NCBI GenBank assembly: GCA_022360615.1
Contig: JAKSCL010000295.1
Location: 1 to 53,687, forward strand
From: Hyphomicrobiales bacterium
GTDB lineage: Bacteria > Pseudomonadota > Alphaproteobacteria > Rhizobiales > JAKSCL01
DNA: 53,687 nt
Direction: 5' to 3'
A model generated the notes under the pieces. That model saw only the letters and a list, made by a program, of their open reading frames with translations, was not told where the DNA came from and did not search any database. Both the position numbers and the translations under genes were made by a program. Of this stretch, positions 26,258 to 36,781 are shown one piece after another (positions within the stretch are counted from its first letter, which is position 1; each line of letters opens with the position of its first letter).

Positions 26258-27097
26258 TTAGACCACCGGCCAGTTATCGATGAGACGGGTTCCATCGAGA
26301 ACAACCGCCCCGAAGACCCGGGCCGGCCGGTCCCCGACGGTTTCAAGGGGACGAAGCGTTTCGCCGTCGCGGACCTCGATATAGTCGATGCCGAAGCCTG
26401 CGTTTTCAAGGGTTTTCAAGGCACGGTCTATCAGCGGTCCAAGCGGTTCGCCAGAGGCCGCATCCCCGGCGATTGCCGAAAGGGTCTGCGGAAAGATGGC
26501 GGCTTTTTTGCGTGCCTCCTCCGACAGGTAGAGATTGCGCGAGGACATGGCGAGGCCATCCGGTTCGCGGATGATGCGGCCGCCCAGAACCTCCACATTG
26601 AGATCGAGATCATCGGCCATGCGGCGGATGACGAGGAGCTGTTGATAGTCTTTTTCGCCGAAGATGGCGATGTCGGGCTGCACGCGGGTGAAGAGCTTGG
26701 CGACGACGGTCGCCACCCCGTCGAAGAAATGCGGGCGCGACACGGCGCAAAGCCCTTCCGATACGCTGTCCACATGCACGGTGGTCGAAAAACCATCGGC
26801 ATAAACCGAGCCGGGCTCGGGGATGTAGACCAGGTCCGTGCCGAGCCCGCGCAATTTTTCAAGGTCGCCTTCTTCGTCACGCGGATAGGTGGCGAAATCC
26901 TCGTTCGGCGCGAACTGTTTCGGGTTCACGAAGATGGAGACGACTGTGCGTGCGGCCTTTTCCCGCGCCAACCGAACAAGTGAAAGATGCCCCTCATGCA
27001 AGGCGCCCATGGTGGGCACGAGGGCGATTTTCTCTCCCGCATTGCGCCAGTTGCGGATGCGCTGGCGCAGCTCGTCAAGGTTTTGAACGGTATCCAT
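26258..27097 (-). CDS. panC: pantoate--beta-alanine ligase
   Basis: LVPTMGALHEGHLSLV HIGH-type motif. ATG at 27097 chosen (MDTVQNLDEL...). Confidence 0.93.
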   Translation of the reverse strand: MDTVQNLDELRQRIRNWRNAGEKIALVPTMGALHEGHLSLVRLAREKAARTVVSIFVNPKQFAPNEDFATYPRDEEGDLEKLRGLGTDLVYIPEPGSVYADGFSTTVHVDSVSEGLCAVSRPHFFDGVATVVAKLFTRVQPDIAIFGEKDYQQLLVIRRMADDLDLNVEVLGGRIIREPDGLAMSSRNLYLSEEARKKAAIFPQTLSAIAGDAASGEPLGPLIDRALKTLENAGFGIDYIEVRDGETLRPLETVGDRPARVFGAVVLDGTRLIDNWPVV

Positions 27098-27113
27098 TTT
27101 GCAGTCAGGTTGA

Positions 27114-28937
27114 TCAGGCCGCGTTGGCGGTGCGCCGCTCAGCCTTTTTGCGTTCATGGGGGTCGAGATGGCGCTTGCGCAGGCGGATCGATTCGGGCGT
27201 CACTTCAACGAGTTCATCATCCGCGATATAGGCAAGCGCCTTTTCGAGCGTCATCTGAATGGGTGGGGTCAGGCGCACGGCGTCATCCTTGCCGGCCGCC
27301 CGGATGTTGGTCAGCTGCTTCGCCTTCAGCACATTCACTTCGAGGTCATTGCCGCGGGTGTGCTCGCCCACGATCATCCCTTGATAGACCTTGGTCCCGG
27401 GCTCGATCATCATCGGCCCACGGTCCTCCAGATTCCAGAGCGCGTAAGCGACCGCGTCGCCATCGCTGTTGGAAATGAGGACGCCGGTGTGGCGGCCGGG
27501 GATCGAACCCTTCAGCGGTGCGTATTCATGAAAGACGCGGTTCATGATTCCCGTGCCGCGCGTGTCGGTCAGAAATTCGCCGAGGTAACCGATGAGGCCA
27601 CGCGTCGGCACGTGGAAGACGAGCCGCTGCTTGCCGCCGCCGGACGGGCGCATCTCGATCATCTGACCCTTGCGTTCCGACAGTTTCTGGACAACGGCGC
27701 CTGAAAACTCCTCGTCCACATCGACGACCACTTCTTCGACGGGCTCCAGTTGAACGCCGGTCTCAGAATCGGCCTGGTAGACGACGCGGGGGCGCGAAAC
27801 GGAGAGTTCGAAGCCTTCCCGGCGCATGGTCTCAATGAGAACCGCGAGCTGCAACTCGCCCCGTCCCGAGACGAAGAAGGATTCCTTCGTTTCCCCATCC
27901 TCGACCTTGAGCGCCACATTGCCTTCGGCCTCGCGCAAAAGCCTTTCGCGGATAACGCGGCTTTGCACCTTGTCGCCTTCCCGACCCGCTAGCGGCGAAT
28001 CGTTCACCGAAAAGGTCATGGAAAGGGTGGGCGGATCGATGGGCTGGGCTTCGATTGGCGTCATCACCGAAGGCTCGCACAACGTGTCCGCGACGGTGGC
28101 CTTCTCAAGGCCCGCAACGGCAATAATGTCGCCCGCAATGCCTTCTTCGACAGGGCTGCGCTCCAGTCCGCGAAAGGCAAGGATTTTCGAGACCCTGCCC
28201 GATTCGATCAAATCCCCGGCGCGCGATAATGCCTTGATGGGCTGGTTCGGCTTGATCGCGCCGGAAAGAACGCGGCCCGTCAAGACCCGCCCAAGATAGG
28301 GGTTCGCCTCCACGGTGGTGGCGAGCATGCGGAAGGGACCCTCTTCGATGGCCGGTTGAGGCACATGATTGAGGATGAGTTCAAAGAGCGGCGCCATGCC
28401 GTCCTTGGGGCCTTCCGGCTCCGCCGCCATCCAGCCTTCCTTGGCCGAGCCGTAGAGCACGGGAAAGTCAAGCTGCTCCTCATTGGCATCGAGGGCGGCG
28501 AAGAGATCGAAGATCTCGTTCAACACCTCGTCGGGCCGGCTTTCCGGCTTGTCGATCTTGTTGATGGCGACGATGGGCCTAAGGCCAAGCGACAGAGCCT
28601 TCGATAGCACGAACTTCGTTTGCGGCATCGGACCCTCGGCGGCATCCACCAGAAGGACCGTCCCATCGACCATATTCAGGATCCGCTCCACTTCGCCGCC
28701 GAAATCGGCGTGACCGGGCGTGTCGACAATGTTGATGCGGTCGTCACCCCAGTCGAGGGAGGTGACTTTGGCGAGGATGGTGATGCCGCGCTCGCGCTCC
28801 AGATCGTTTGAATCCATGGCCCGCTCGGCGACGCGCTGGTTGTCGCGGAACGCGCCCGATTGGCGCAGAAGCACGTCAATAAGGGTTGTCTTGCCATGAT
28901 CGACGTGTGCGATGATGGCGATGTTGCGCAGGCTCAT
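27114..28937 (-). CDS. typA: translational GTPase TypA/BipA
   Basis: [36 protein letters not shown]. 607 aa. Confidence 0.96.
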   Translation of the reverse strand: MSLRNIAIIAHVDHGKTTLIDVLLRQSGAFRDNQRVAERAMDSNDLERERGITILAKVTSLDWGDDRINIVDTPGHADFGGEVERILNMVDGTVLLVDAAEGPMPQTKFVLSKALSLGLRPIVAINKIDKPESRPDEVLNEIFDLFAALDANEEQLDFPVLYGSAKEGWMAAEPEGPKDGMAPLFELILNHVPQPAIEEGPFRMLATTVEANPYLGRVLTGRVLSGAIKPNQPIKALSRAGDLIESGRVSKILAFRGLERSPVEEGIAGDIIAVAGLEKATVADTLCEPSVMTPIEAQPIDPPTLSMTFSVNDSPLAGREGDKVQSRVIRERLLREAEGNVALKVEDGETKESFFVSGRGELQLAVLIETMRREGFELSVSRPRVVYQADSETGVQLEPVEEVVVDVDEEFSGAVVQKLSERKGQMIEMRPSGGGKQRLVFHVPTRGLIGYLGEFLTDTRGTGIMNRVFHEYAPLKGSIPGRHTGVLISNSDGDAVAYALWNLEDRGPMMIEPGTKVYQGMIVGEHTRGNDLEVNVLKAKQLTNIRAAGKDDAVRLTPPIQMTLEKALAYIADDELVEVTPESIRLRKRHLDPHERKKAERRTANAA

Positions 28938-29043
28938 AAATTCAACTTTTACGGTTGGGGTGAGGGGCCGCGATTTTGCGGTGCAGTATAATCAGAGACG
29001 GCCTGCCCGCAACACCATGCGTGCGGCATCCTAAACGGGTGTT

Positions 29044-30171
29044 CTAAGCTTCGCGTTTCTTGACTTGCGGCACCGAACTGGTACCGCCGGACGGAGGCTT
29101 CTTTTCTGTGTGCACCATCATCAGTTCGGATAGGTTTTCAGGCGTTACATAACCGAGGAGGCGGTTGTCTTTATCGGTGACGGCGACGGCCGGAGCTGCC
29201 TTTTCGCGCATCGCGGTAATGGCGCGTGCAAGCGTTTCACCTCTGTGAACGCTCGGGATTGCGACAAGCCAGTCCAATGCCGGCGCGTTTGCCGCATTCG
29301 TCCGCATGGCCTCGATAATCGCATTCCTTGTGATGATGCCGCGCGGCGCGCCGGCGCCGTCGACCAAGGGGAACTCATGCTGCGTCGTCCGTATGAGGGC
29401 GTCGGCCGCGGCTTCAACCGTGTCCCGGGCCGAGAGCGTTTCGAAACTGGTGATCATGGCATCGTCGACGGGCATGGCGCGGCCAACCGCGGTCATCTCC
29501 ACGTCGTCCGCCTCGGCGCCGGCTGCCAGATAGACAAAGATGGCGATGAAAACGAGGATCGGGTTGCCCGCCATTAGCCCCAGGAAGCCGAAGCCGAAAG
29601 CGAGCGCCTGACCCGTACGGGCCGCAACGCGTGTTGCGTTCACCCGTCCGAGCCGCATGGCGAGAAGCGCGCGGAAAACACGCCCGCCGTCCATCGGGAA
29701 TGCTGGAATGGCGTTGAAAAGGACAAGGAAGATGTTGACGGCGGCCAGCCGTGCAGCAAAGTCCGCCGCCGGGTTCTCAATGGTCTGGAACGTTTCGGCG
29801 TCGAACCGGGCGCCCAAGACAAGGATCAGGATCGCGGCGATCACCACATTGACCATTGGCCCGGCGACCGCGATAACGATCTCCTGCCCCGGGTTCTCCG
29901 GCATCCGCTCGAGCCGGGCGAGTCCCCCGATCGGCAGGAGGGTGATATCGGGCGTTTTGATGCCGTAGCGCTTTGCGGCGATGGCGTGGCCAAGCTCATG
30001 CAGCGCCACGCAGGCGAAGACGGCGCAAATAAACGCAATGGCCTCGATTGCACCTTCGACGCCATCCGTTTGAAGATGGATGATGCCGATCCACAAAAGA
30101 AGAAGAAAGAAGGTGAGGTGGATGCGGATCTCGCTTCCAGCAATCCGGCCTAGTGTGATCGACCAGCTCAT
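29044..30171 (-). CDS. M50 site-2 protease family protein with C-terminal CBS pair
   Basis: HELGHAIAAKRYG zinc motif in a polytopic N-terminal half. A CBS-like C-terminal half follows. Confidence 0.9.
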   Translation of the reverse strand: MSWSITLGRIAGSEIRIHLTFFLLLLWIGIIHLQTDGVEGAIEAIAFICAVFACVALHELGHAIAAKRYGIKTPDITLLPIGGLARLERMPENPGQEIVIAVAGPMVNVVIAAILILVLGARFDAETFQTIENPAADFAARLAAVNIFLVLFNAIPAFPMDGGRVFRALLAMRLGRVNATRVAARTGQALAFGFGFLGLMAGNPILVFIAIFVYLAAGAEADDVEMTAVGRAMPVDDAMITSFETLSARDTVEAAADALIRTTQHEFPLVDGAGAPRGIITRNAIIEAMRTNAANAPALDWLVAIPSVHRGETLARAITAMREKAAPAVAVTDKDNRLLGYVTPENLSELMMVHTEKKPPSGGTSSVPQVKKREA

Positions 30172-30312
30172 GTCCGTTGCGTGCCGCGTGTTTCCTGAGA
30201 AAGATCACAAAGTCGCTTGACCGTGCCGGGAGGCTGTCCCATCACCTGCGCGCTCGCAGGGCATCGTGTCCAACGCACCCTTATGCCAATAGGTAAGGCT
30301 CCGGAACCGTAA

Positions 30313-31152
30313 ATGCCATCACCGAATGCGCTCACGCGATTGGGATTCGCGTCAGGGGAAAGGACGCTCGTCATGGGCGTTCTTAATGTAACGCCCGATT
30401 CCTTCTCCGATGGCGGCCTTTTCGACAAGCCGGAAAAGGCGGTCGCTCAGGCGCGCACCATGCTGAATGAAGGCGCCGATATGATCGATGTCGGGGCGGA
30501 AAGCTCGCGTCCCGGTCACACCCCGATTGGTGCGGAAGAAGAATGGGCGCGGCTTCAGCCGGTGATCGACAGGATCAAAGCGCTCGACACGGTCTTTTCC
30601 ATCGATACGCAAAAGGCGGAAGTGGCCAGGAAAGCGCTTGAGGCGTTGCGCGGGCAGCGCGTCGTCATCAACGATGTCTGGGGGCTGCAGCGCGACGCGC
30701 AAATGGCCCCGGCCGTTGCCGGTGCAGGGGTGCCCATCGTCATCATGCACAACCGCGAAGCGGCGCAAGAGGGCATCGATATCGTCGCCGATATTCACCG
30801 CTTCTTCAAAAAGAGCCTGCAGCTTGCGCACGAAGCCGGGATCGAGGATGATCGGATCATCCTCGATCCCGGGATTGGTTTCGGCAAGACGATTGCCCAG
30901 AACCCTGTCATCCTGAAACGGCTGCCGGAGTTTCGGCGCTACGGGCTGCCGCTTCTTGTCGGCGCGTCCCGGAAGCGCTTCATCGGTCAGCTCTTGAACG
31001 CTGAGGTGCGCGACCGGCTTTACGGGTCGCTCGGCGCGCATCTCGCGGCCGCCGCCGCTGGCGCCGACATCATCCGTGCCCATGACGTACGCCCGCATGT
31101 GGAGGCATTGCAGGTGCTCGATGCGATCGCCCGGGCGCCGGAGACTGTCTGA
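30313..31152 (+). CDS. folP: dihydropteroate synthase
   Basis: LVMGVLNVTPDSFSDGG, DIGAESSRPG, DPGIGFGK. Confidence 0.93.
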   Translation: MPSPNALTRLGFASGERTLVMGVLNVTPDSFSDGGLFDKPEKAVAQARTMLNEGADMIDVGAESSRPGHTPIGAEEEWARLQPVIDRIKALDTVFSIDTQKAEVARKALEALRGQRVVINDVWGLQRDAQMAPAVAGAGVPIVIMHNREAAQEGIDIVADIHRFFKKSLQLAHEAGIEDDRIILDPGIGFGKTIAQNPVILKRLPEFRRYGLPLLVGASRKRFIGQLLNAEVRDRLYGSLGAHLAAAAAGADIIRAHDVRPHVEALQVLDAIARAPETV

Positions 31153-31673
31153 TGACCGGGGCCGCGGTGAAGGCTGCGCTTGGGCTCGGCAGCAATCTCG
31201 GCGATCGCGCCGCGCATATTGCCGAGGCTTGCAGGCATTTGGCGCAGAACCCTAAGGTGCGCCTCCTCAGTGTTTCAGCCCTCTATGAGACGGACCCTTG
31301 GGGAATGACCGAACAGGGGCCTTTTCTCAATGCGTGCGCGGCGATGGAGACAACGCTTGAGCCGAAACCTCTGCTTGAATTCTGTCTCGCGACCGAACGG
31401 CTTATGGGACGGGTGCGCGAGGAGAGATGGGGCCCGCGCATCATCGATCTCGACATACTGATTTATGGCGCTGCGGTTGTGAAGGAGCAGCATTTGACGA
31501 TCCCGCACCCGCACATGGCGGAGCGGGGTTTCGTCATCGTTCCGCTTGCCGAGATATGGCCCGAAGCTCTGATCGGCGGCCGCTCCGCCAAGGCTCTTGC
31601 GGCGGACTTCAAAGGCGATCCGTCCATCCGGCGCTTCGCCCCTGGGCCTGAACTGACCGCATGGACCGGCTAG
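31152..31673 (+). CDS. folK: 2-amino-4-hydroxy-6-hydroxymethyldihydropteridine diphosphokinase
   Basis: RWGPRIIDLDILIYG and LTIPHPHMAERGFVIVPL. Its start abuts the folP stop. Confidence 0.9.
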   Translation: MTGAAVKAALGLGSNLGDRAAHIAEACRHLAQNPKVRLLSVSALYETDPWGMTEQGPFLNACAAMETTLEPKPLLEFCLATERLMGRVREERWGPRIIDLDILIYGAAVVKEQHLTIPHPHMAERGFVIVPLAEIWPEALIGGRSAKALAADFKGDPSIRRFAPGPELTAWTG

Positions 31674-31717
31674 GTGATGGATGCGGCAAAGCCCACGACT
31701 TAACGTACCGCTCTTGG

Positions 31718-32941
31718 CTATTCGTCCATCTGCTTGCGCTGTTCGGCAATGAGTTTAAGCCTGAGAGCGTTCAGCCTTATGAAGCCCTCCGCATCCTGGT
31801 GATCGTAGGACAGGGCACCTTCTTCGAAGGTCACAAGATCCTCGGAATAAAGGGTATGCGGCGATGTGCGTCCCGTCACCGTTGCGCGGCCTTTATAGAG
31901 CTTCAGGCGGACCTCTCCGGTCACCGGGGCCTGCGACACGTCGATGGCGGCTTGCAGCATCTCGCGCTCCGGTGAGAACCAAAGCCCGTTATAGATGAGC
32001 TCGGCATAGCGCGGCATCAACTCATCTTTGAGGTGGGCCGCGCCCCGGTCCAGCGTAATTGATTCCATGCCGCGATGGGCTTCAAACAGGATTGTGCCGC
32101 CAGGCGTCTCATAGATGCCGCGCGATTTCATCCCGACAAAGCGGTTTTCAACAAGATCGAGCCGGCCGATGCCGTGTTTGCGCCCCAGTTCGTTCAATGC
32201 GGTCAGCATGGCCGCCGGTGAAAGCGCCTGACCGTTCAGCGCGACCACGTCGCCCTTTTCAAAGCCCATGGTGATGGTCTCAGCCTTGTCAGGCGCATCT
32301 TCCGGGGCGACGGTACGCTGATAGACGAATTCCGGGGCCTCGACCGCAGGGTCTTCGAGGAGTTTGCCTTCCGAGGAGGTGTGCAGAAGGTTCGCATCGA
32401 CGGAAAAGGGTGCTTCGCCGCGCTTGTCCTTCGGGACGGGAATTTGATTGTGCATGGCGAATTCGATGAGCTTGGCGCGTGAGGACAGGTCCCATTCCCG
32501 CCAAGGCGCAATCACGTGAATGGAAGGATCAAGCGCGTAGTAGGCAAGCTCAAAGCGGACCTGGTCGTTGCCCTTGCCTGTCGCGCCATGACAAACCGCG
32601 TCGGCGCCGGTCTCGTGGGCGATTTCAATTTGACGTTTGGCAATCAGTGGCCGCGCGATCGACGTGCCAAGCAGGTAAAGCCCCTCGTAAAGCGCATTGG
32701 CGCGCATCATCGGATAGACGTAATCGCGCACGAACTCCTCGCGCAGGTCTTCGATGAAGATCTCCTTGATGCCAAGCATTTCCGCCTTCTTGCGCGCTGG
32801 CTCCAGTTCCTCTCCCTGGCCGAGATCGGCGGTGAACGTCACCACTTCGCAGTCATAAGTGGTCTGCAGCCATTTCAAAATGGCCGAGGTATCGAGGCCG
32901 CCCGAATAGGCGAGCACGACCTTGTTGATGCTTTTCGTCAT
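31718..32941 (-). CDS. argG: argininosuccinate synthase
   Basis: [26 protein letters not shown]. 407 aa. GGGAAAGAAGA SD upstream. Confidence 0.96.
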   Translation of the reverse strand: MTKSINKVVLAYSGGLDTSAILKWLQTTYDCEVVTFTADLGQGEELEPARKKAEMLGIKEIFIEDLREEFVRDYVYPMMRANALYEGLYLLGTSIARPLIAKRQIEIAHETGADAVCHGATGKGNDQVRFELAYYALDPSIHVIAPWREWDLSSRAKLIEFAMHNQIPVPKDKRGEAPFSVDANLLHTSSEGKLLEDPAVEAPEFVYQRTVAPEDAPDKAETITMGFEKGDVVALNGQALSPAAMLTALNELGRKHGIGRLDLVENRFVGMKSRGIYETPGGTILFEAHRGMESITLDRGAAHLKDELMPRYAELIYNGLWFSPEREMLQAAIDVSQAPVTGEVRLKLYKGRATVTGRTSPHTLYSEDLVTFEEGALSYDHQDAEGFIRLNALRLKLIAEQRKQMDE

Positions 32942-33175
32942 TCTTCTTTCCCGGCAGGACTGTCACGCGATGCGACGGAGATGAGGATGCCCTTAAGGAC
33001 AGTCTTCCCCGCATCGGGGGGTTTTGGGCCGCTCTTCGCGGAGTTTCAAGTCCCATTCACTTCCACGTTCCTCGGTGCGTGAGGTGGTTTCAAACCATCG
33101 CAAGCGCTCCCATGTGTCGTTTCGTCGCGCTCTCATCGCGCGAGGCTGGGGTGCAGGACCACTGAGAGGCGAAAA

Positions 33176-33592
33176 ATGCTCAAAGCACTTCTTACCGCTT
33201 TCCTTCTTACCGCAAACCCGGCCTTTGCCGACGCGCCGCCTGAGGGCACCGGCGCCCAAATCGCTCAGCGCGCATCGGAACAAACCGTTTCAGGTTCGTT
33301 TAAAGGGCTGAACCAACACACCGTTTCCGGCGGCGTCGAAGTCAGGAAAGACGGCGATCATTATATCATCGTCTTCAAGGACGATTTCGTCTTTGACGGC
33401 GCACCCGATCCGAAGGTCGGGTTCGGGGCAAAAGGCCGTTACGACCGCGGGACGACATTCGCACCGTTAAAGAAGGACCTTGGCGCGCAGATCTATCGCG
33501 TTCCGGCTCATATCGACGTGTCGCAATACAACGAGGTCCATATCTGGTGCGAGCAGTTCACGGTTGATCTGGCCGTTGCGGCCCTGCGTTGA
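33176..33592 (+). CDS. DM13 domain-containing exported protein
   Basis: Signal peptide MLKALLTAFLLTANPAFA. GSFKGLNQHTVSGGVEV...FVFDGAPDPKVGF pattern. Confidence 0.75.
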   Translation: MLKALLTAFLLTANPAFADAPPEGTGAQIAQRASEQTVSGSFKGLNQHTVSGGVEVRKDGDHYIIVFKDDFVFDGAPDPKVGFGAKGRYDRGTTFAPLKKDLGAQIYRVPAHIDVSQYNEVHIWCEQFTVDLAVAALR

Positions 33593-33692
33593 ACTTTGCG
33601 CCTGACCTCGCGTGAAAAGGACGGCGAAACCTGCTAAGGGTCGATTGGCCTTTGGCAGGTTTGTCTTTTTAGGAACACGCGGAGCGGGGAAT

Positions 33693-34292
33693 TTGGCACG
33701 CCTGCAATTCTGGTACGAATTCGCTTCGCCTTACTCTTACCTCGCCGCCATGCGGATCGAGGAGGAAGCCTTAGAAGCTGGTGTCGAAGCGGATTGGCGG
33801 CCCTTTCTTTTGGGCCCGATCTTCGCCAAACGCGGCTGGAAGACCTCGCCCTTCAATCTCTTTCCAGAGCGCGGCCGCTATATGCGGCGTGATCTCGAGC
33901 GTTGGGCCGAGCGCTTAAGCATACCTTTCACAATGCCCGATCCTTTCCCGCAATATGCCGTTCGCGCGGCACGCATCGCGCTGATCGCGGGGGATGAAGG
34001 CTGGAATGCCCGGTTTTCGAAGGCCGTTTTCCTGGCCGAGTTCTCCGAAGGCCTCGATATCTCCCGGATCGACGTCTTGCGCGGCATTGTTGAGGACCTC
34101 GGGCAGGATGCCGACGCCGTCATGGAGCGCATCAAGGATATCGCCGTTAAAGAACGGCTGCGCGCCGAAACGGCGGAGGCTGAAGACCTCGGCATTTTCG
34201 GCGCGCCGACATTTGTCTCGCCCGATGGCGAACTCTTTTGGGGCAATGACCGGCTTGGAGAAGCGCTTCGTTGGACGGCCGGACACAACTGA
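33693..34292 (+). CDS. 2-hydroxychromene-2-carboxylate isomerase-like DsbA-family protein
   Basis: (M)ARLQFWYEFASPYSYLA N-terminus and GAPTFV...ELFWGNDRL C-terminus. In-frame TTG at 33693 with GGAGCGGGGA upstream is preferred. The longest ORF starts at 33612. Confidence 0.8.
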   Translation: MARLQFWYEFASPYSYLAAMRIEEEALEAGVEADWRPFLLGPIFAKRGWKTSPFNLFPERGRYMRRDLERWAERLSIPFTMPDPFPQYAVRAARIALIAGDEGWNARFSKAVFLAEFSEGLDISRIDVLRGIVEDLGQDADAVMERIKDIAVKERLRAETAEAEDLGIFGAPTFVSPDGELFWGNDRLGEALRWTAGHN

Positions 34293-34313
34293 TCGCTTCT
34301 TCTTCTGCGCGGG

Positions 34314-34553
34314 TTAGAGGCGCCTAAATTGGTCGGCAGGAATGTCGAAAAAGCCGCGCCGGATCTCCCGGTCCACATCCATCGGGGTAAGGCCGATATC
34401 CTTCAATTGCCGTGCGTCCATGCCGCGCAACTGGCGGCGTTGGTGGGCCACGTCGAAGCAAAGGGCGAGATAGCGGGCAAATCCGTAGGCAATATCGGTG
34501 AAACCACGGTTGTGGTGCGCGTGAGCAGATGCTGTGTGCATGAGGGATGTCAT
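34314..34553 (-). CDS. DUF1127 domain small protein
   Basis: ...AHQRRQLRGMDARQLKDIGLTPMDVDREI... is the typical DUF1127 C-terminal motif. Confidence 0.8.
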   Translation of the reverse strand: MTSLMHTASAHAHHNRGFTDIAYGFARYLALCFDVAHQRRQLRGMDARQLKDIGLTPMDVDREIRRGFFDIPADQFRRL

Positions 34554-34620
34554 GGCCTTGGCTCCTTTCCGGCGAGGGCGTCTCGCTTGATGGGAAGCTA
34601 GGCATTGTGCTTATATAATG

Positions 34621-34660
34621 AAAACGAATGTTTATTATCTTTAGAAAAACGAATTGTTAT
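34621..34660. promoter_or_regulatory. AT-rich direct repeats in the divergent DUF1127/LysR intergenic region (possible LTTR site)
   Basis: AAAACGAATGTTTATTAT (34621-) and AAAACGAATTGTTATGGA (34646-), 25 bp apart. Confidence 0.35.
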
Positions 34661-34670
34661 GGAATGAGTC

Positions 34671-35543
34671 ATGCCGCGTGAGATCGATCTCTCCACTCTG
34701 CGTGCCTTCGTCACCGTTGCCCGGACGGGAGGCATGACGGTGGCAGGCCGCCATCTGAACCTCACTCAGGCTGCCGTCAGCCAGCAGATCAAGCGGCTTG
34801 AAGAGCAGTTCCAAACGCAACTCTTCGATCGCGGCCAGCGGCGCATCAGCCTGACGCAGAGCGGCGAAAGGCTTCTTGGTCCGGCGGAGCGCATCCTGGC
34901 CGAGAACGATGCGATCTGGGGCATGATGACCTCGCCCGAAATCGAGGGCACGGTGCGGCTCGGTGTGCCGCATGACATTGTCAGCCCGTTCATGGCGCCG
35001 ATTCTGCGCGGTTTTTCGAAAGCCTGGCCGCGGGTCGATGTGTCCTTGACCATCGGTACGACCAGGGAGTTGCGGCGCCGTTTGGACGATGGCGAACTCG
35101 ATTTGACGCTTACGACGGAGTCGATGACCGATTCAGGCGGTGAACGCCTGATGATGGACCGCCTGGTCTGGGTCGGCGCTCCCAATGGCGAGGCCCATGC
35201 CCGTAACCCGCTTCCCGTGACGATGGGCGATGAGAATTGCGCCTTCCGGGAGGCGGCCGTCGAAGCGCTTTCCGAAGCGGGACGCGACTGGCGCTTTCTG
35301 TGCGCGGTCAGTCATATGACGGCCATGTGCGCAACCATTGAAGCGGATTTGGCTGTTGCGCCTCTGCTTTCGCAAACGGTTCCTGAGGGCCTTGAAATCC
35401 TGATGCCTTCAAGCGGGTTGCCAGCCCTGCCGGTTTATTTCGTCAATCTTTACCGGCAAAAGGCCGGCGTGAGCCCCATCGCCGAGGCGCTCGCCAGCCA
35501 TATCTCGAAGAGCTTCGCGGCGCGCTATCCTCAGGCGGCCTAG
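34671..35543 (+). CDS. LysR family transcriptional regulator
   Basis: LRAFVTVARTGGMTVAGRHLNLTQAAVSQQIKRLEEQ HTH region. 290 aa. Confidence 0.92.
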   Translation: MPREIDLSTLRAFVTVARTGGMTVAGRHLNLTQAAVSQQIKRLEEQFQTQLFDRGQRRISLTQSGERLLGPAERILAENDAIWGMMTSPEIEGTVRLGVPHDIVSPFMAPILRGFSKAWPRVDVSLTIGTTRELRRRLDDGELDLTLTTESMTDSGGERLMMDRLVWVGAPNGEAHARNPLPVTMGDENCAFREAAVEALSEAGRDWRFLCAVSHMTAMCATIEADLAVAPLLSQTVPEGLEILMPSSGLPALPVYFVNLYRQKAGVSPIAEALASHISKSFAARYPQAA

Positions 35544-35995
35544 ACTCTGACCGCAAGGGTCCAAAAGACGGCGATCAGGATAGCGATCTGGACCATGTTG
35601 AGCCAGACGCTCCATTTATGAAGCCGGCCGAAGCGCTGGGCGGCGACGGTGCTGCCCGATTTCGCCTCATCCCGGAGCGCATTGATGCGCGGCATCATCA
35701 CCTCGCGTGCAAAAACGAAACCGGTGGCGACCACGATCAGCGTGAAGCCGATACCGCTGTCGATGAAGAAGGCGTTCGCGCCCGCAACTCCCGAGAGCCC
35801 GGCAAGCACCAGATAGTAGGCCGGAAAAATCGCCCGGGTGTGTTTCCCGGCATCCTCCGCCGAAAGCACCTTGAAGGTGATCGGCGCCACGACGGCAGCG
35901 AAGAACAGCATGGCGCCAAGAGCAATGGCCGTCAGGAACAGGACAAAAAAGGGGATGAATTGGGCGAGCATGACCGACACACCAGACGAGAGCAC
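35540..35995 (-). CDS. DUF4149-like 4-TM membrane protein
   Basis: Hydrophobic 151-aa ORF, ...GAMLFFAAVVAPITF.... An alternative start at 35971 is possible. The family call is from memory. Confidence 0.65.
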   Translation of the reverse strand: MLSSGVSVMLAQFIPFFVLFLTAIALGAMLFFAAVVAPITFKVLSAEDAGKHTRAIFPAYYLVLAGLSGVAGANAFFIDSGIGFTLIVVATGFVFAREVMMPRINALRDEAKSGSTVAAQRFGRLHKWSVWLNMVQIAILIAVFWTLAVRV

Positions 35996-36129
35996 TGCCG
36001 CTGCACTTAGCGCGTAACCGGCCCAGATGGAATGCTTTCGCGCGAAAACCAGCTTTCAACGTTTGTTTGCATTTCGGCAATCGCGATAAAGCCAATGCAT
36101 GATATGGTAAGGCAGCTGCAAAAGACGGT

Positions 36130-36780
36130 TTGAAGCTCATGGAGTTCATCCCCACGCTTCCGGTGGTGTTGGCCTATACGGGTGCGGTCATTTTGATCAC
36201 GCTGACGCCTGGGCCGGACATGACGCTGTTTCTCGGCAAAGCGGTGACACAAGGGCGCACAGCGGGCCTTGCCGCCTTCTTCGGGGCGACCACGGGGGTT
36301 GTGTTTCACACAAGTTTTGCAGCTTTCGGTCTTTCGGCGCTGCTCGCCGCATCCGAGACGGCTTTTGGAATCCTAAAGATCGTCGGCGCGGGCTATCTGC
36401 TGTGGCTCGCCTATCAGGCGATCCGGCACGGTTCGGGATTGAGTTTCGATCCGTCAAACGTGGTGCAGCAGCCGAACCGCAAAGTGTTTCTCACCGGGCT
36501 CGGGATCAATCTGCTTAACCCTAAGATCGTTCTCTTCTTCGTCACCTTCCTCCCGCAATTCGTGGAGCCTGGCGATCCGCATGCCGCGGGCAAGCTCATG
36601 TTTCTCGGCGTGCTTTTCATCACGATTGCTGTTCCCATGTGCGTGCCGATGATCCTTTTAGCGGACCGTGTTTCGATCTTTGTCCGCCGCTCGCCCATTG
36701 TGACGCGCGTCGTCGACTGGACCTTTGCGGGCGTCATGGGCGCGTTCGCCGTCAAGCTTCTGGCGGCGCAGGCAAAGTAG
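36130..36780 (+). CDS. LysE/RhtB family amino-acid exporter
   Basis: ...ITLTPGPDMTLFLGKAV..., LLNPKIVLFFVTFLPQF. Confidence 0.9.
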   Translation: MKLMEFIPTLPVVLAYTGAVILITLTPGPDMTLFLGKAVTQGRTAGLAAFFGATTGVVFHTSFAAFGLSALLAASETAFGILKIVGAGYLLWLAYQAIRHGSGLSFDPSNVVQQPNRKVFLTGLGINLLNPKIVLFFVTFLPQFVEPGDPHAAGKLMFLGVLFITIAVPMCVPMILLADRVSIFVRRSPIVTRVVDWTFAGVMGAFAVKLLAAQAK

Positions 36781-36781
36781 G

